NCBI RefSeq assembly: GCF_000143415.4
Contig: NW_003314269.1
Coordinates: 1,242,150-1,306,149 of the forward strand
Direction: 5' to 3'
Source: Selaginella moellendorffii
Lineage: Eukaryota > Plantae > Lycopodiophyta
Length of the DNA stretch: 64,000 bases
The notes below the pieces were generated by a model. It ran no database searches, was not told where the DNA came from, and worked only from the letters and a program-made list of their open reading frames with translations. Positions 63,901-64,000 of the stretch are shown here, piece after piece (positions within the stretch are counted from its first letter, which is position 1; the number at the start of each line of letters is the position of its first letter). A program made the translations under genes and the position numbers.

Positions 63901-64000
63901 GAACTCATTCTTAGAGAAATTCCTTTTGAATTTCCCTTTGTTATATATCACCTTTGGTTTGGCTCTTTTATTGAATGTGGACCCCAACCCCGTAATGCAC

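Larger units (their letters stand above)
46537..64000 (-). mobile_element. Degenerate Gypsy family A copy A2, host of the nest; continues past the window end
   Basis: 3' LTR 46537-47437 with hexamer array; chromodomain/IN/RH/RT remnants 47750-51460; protease split by B2 and resuming at 63518; gag remnant to 64000. Confidence 0.87.

Overview
Eukaryotic plant nuclear DNA. Tiny introns (mostly 50-70 nt), very short intergenic spacers and clustered P-type PPR genes suggest the lycophyte Selaginella (inference). Bases 1-35.2 kb are gene-dense: a Cys-rich zinc-finger gene (partial), prefoldin 6, an NDUFAF7/MidA-type methyltransferase, intronless SLU7, a pectin methylesterase, a DUF630/632 protein, PEX11, ubinuclein, NOP2, three PPR genes, a small HSP, beta-tubulin, paladin and a plastid HHL1-like protein. 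Bases ~36-64 kb are a nested LTR-retrotransposon cluster with an assembly gap at 43254-43921. It holds three copies of a chromodomain Gypsy family (A), two copies of a short-LTR Gypsy family (B), two 5S-rRNA-bearing Cassandra TRIMs and a third small LTR element. The most striking signal is that family A carries two small GT-AG introns inside its integrase (57450-57496 and 57916-57967). They split the HPQT-DGQ and KL-x-GPY motifs and recur in the other copies, implying integrase is made only from spliced RNA while unspliced RNA is the transposing genome. Other highlights are an intact Cassandra with TSD, four-level nesting, a 1.5-kb inverted pol duplication joined via an LTR-PBS, and two PPR genes whose stop codons overlap.
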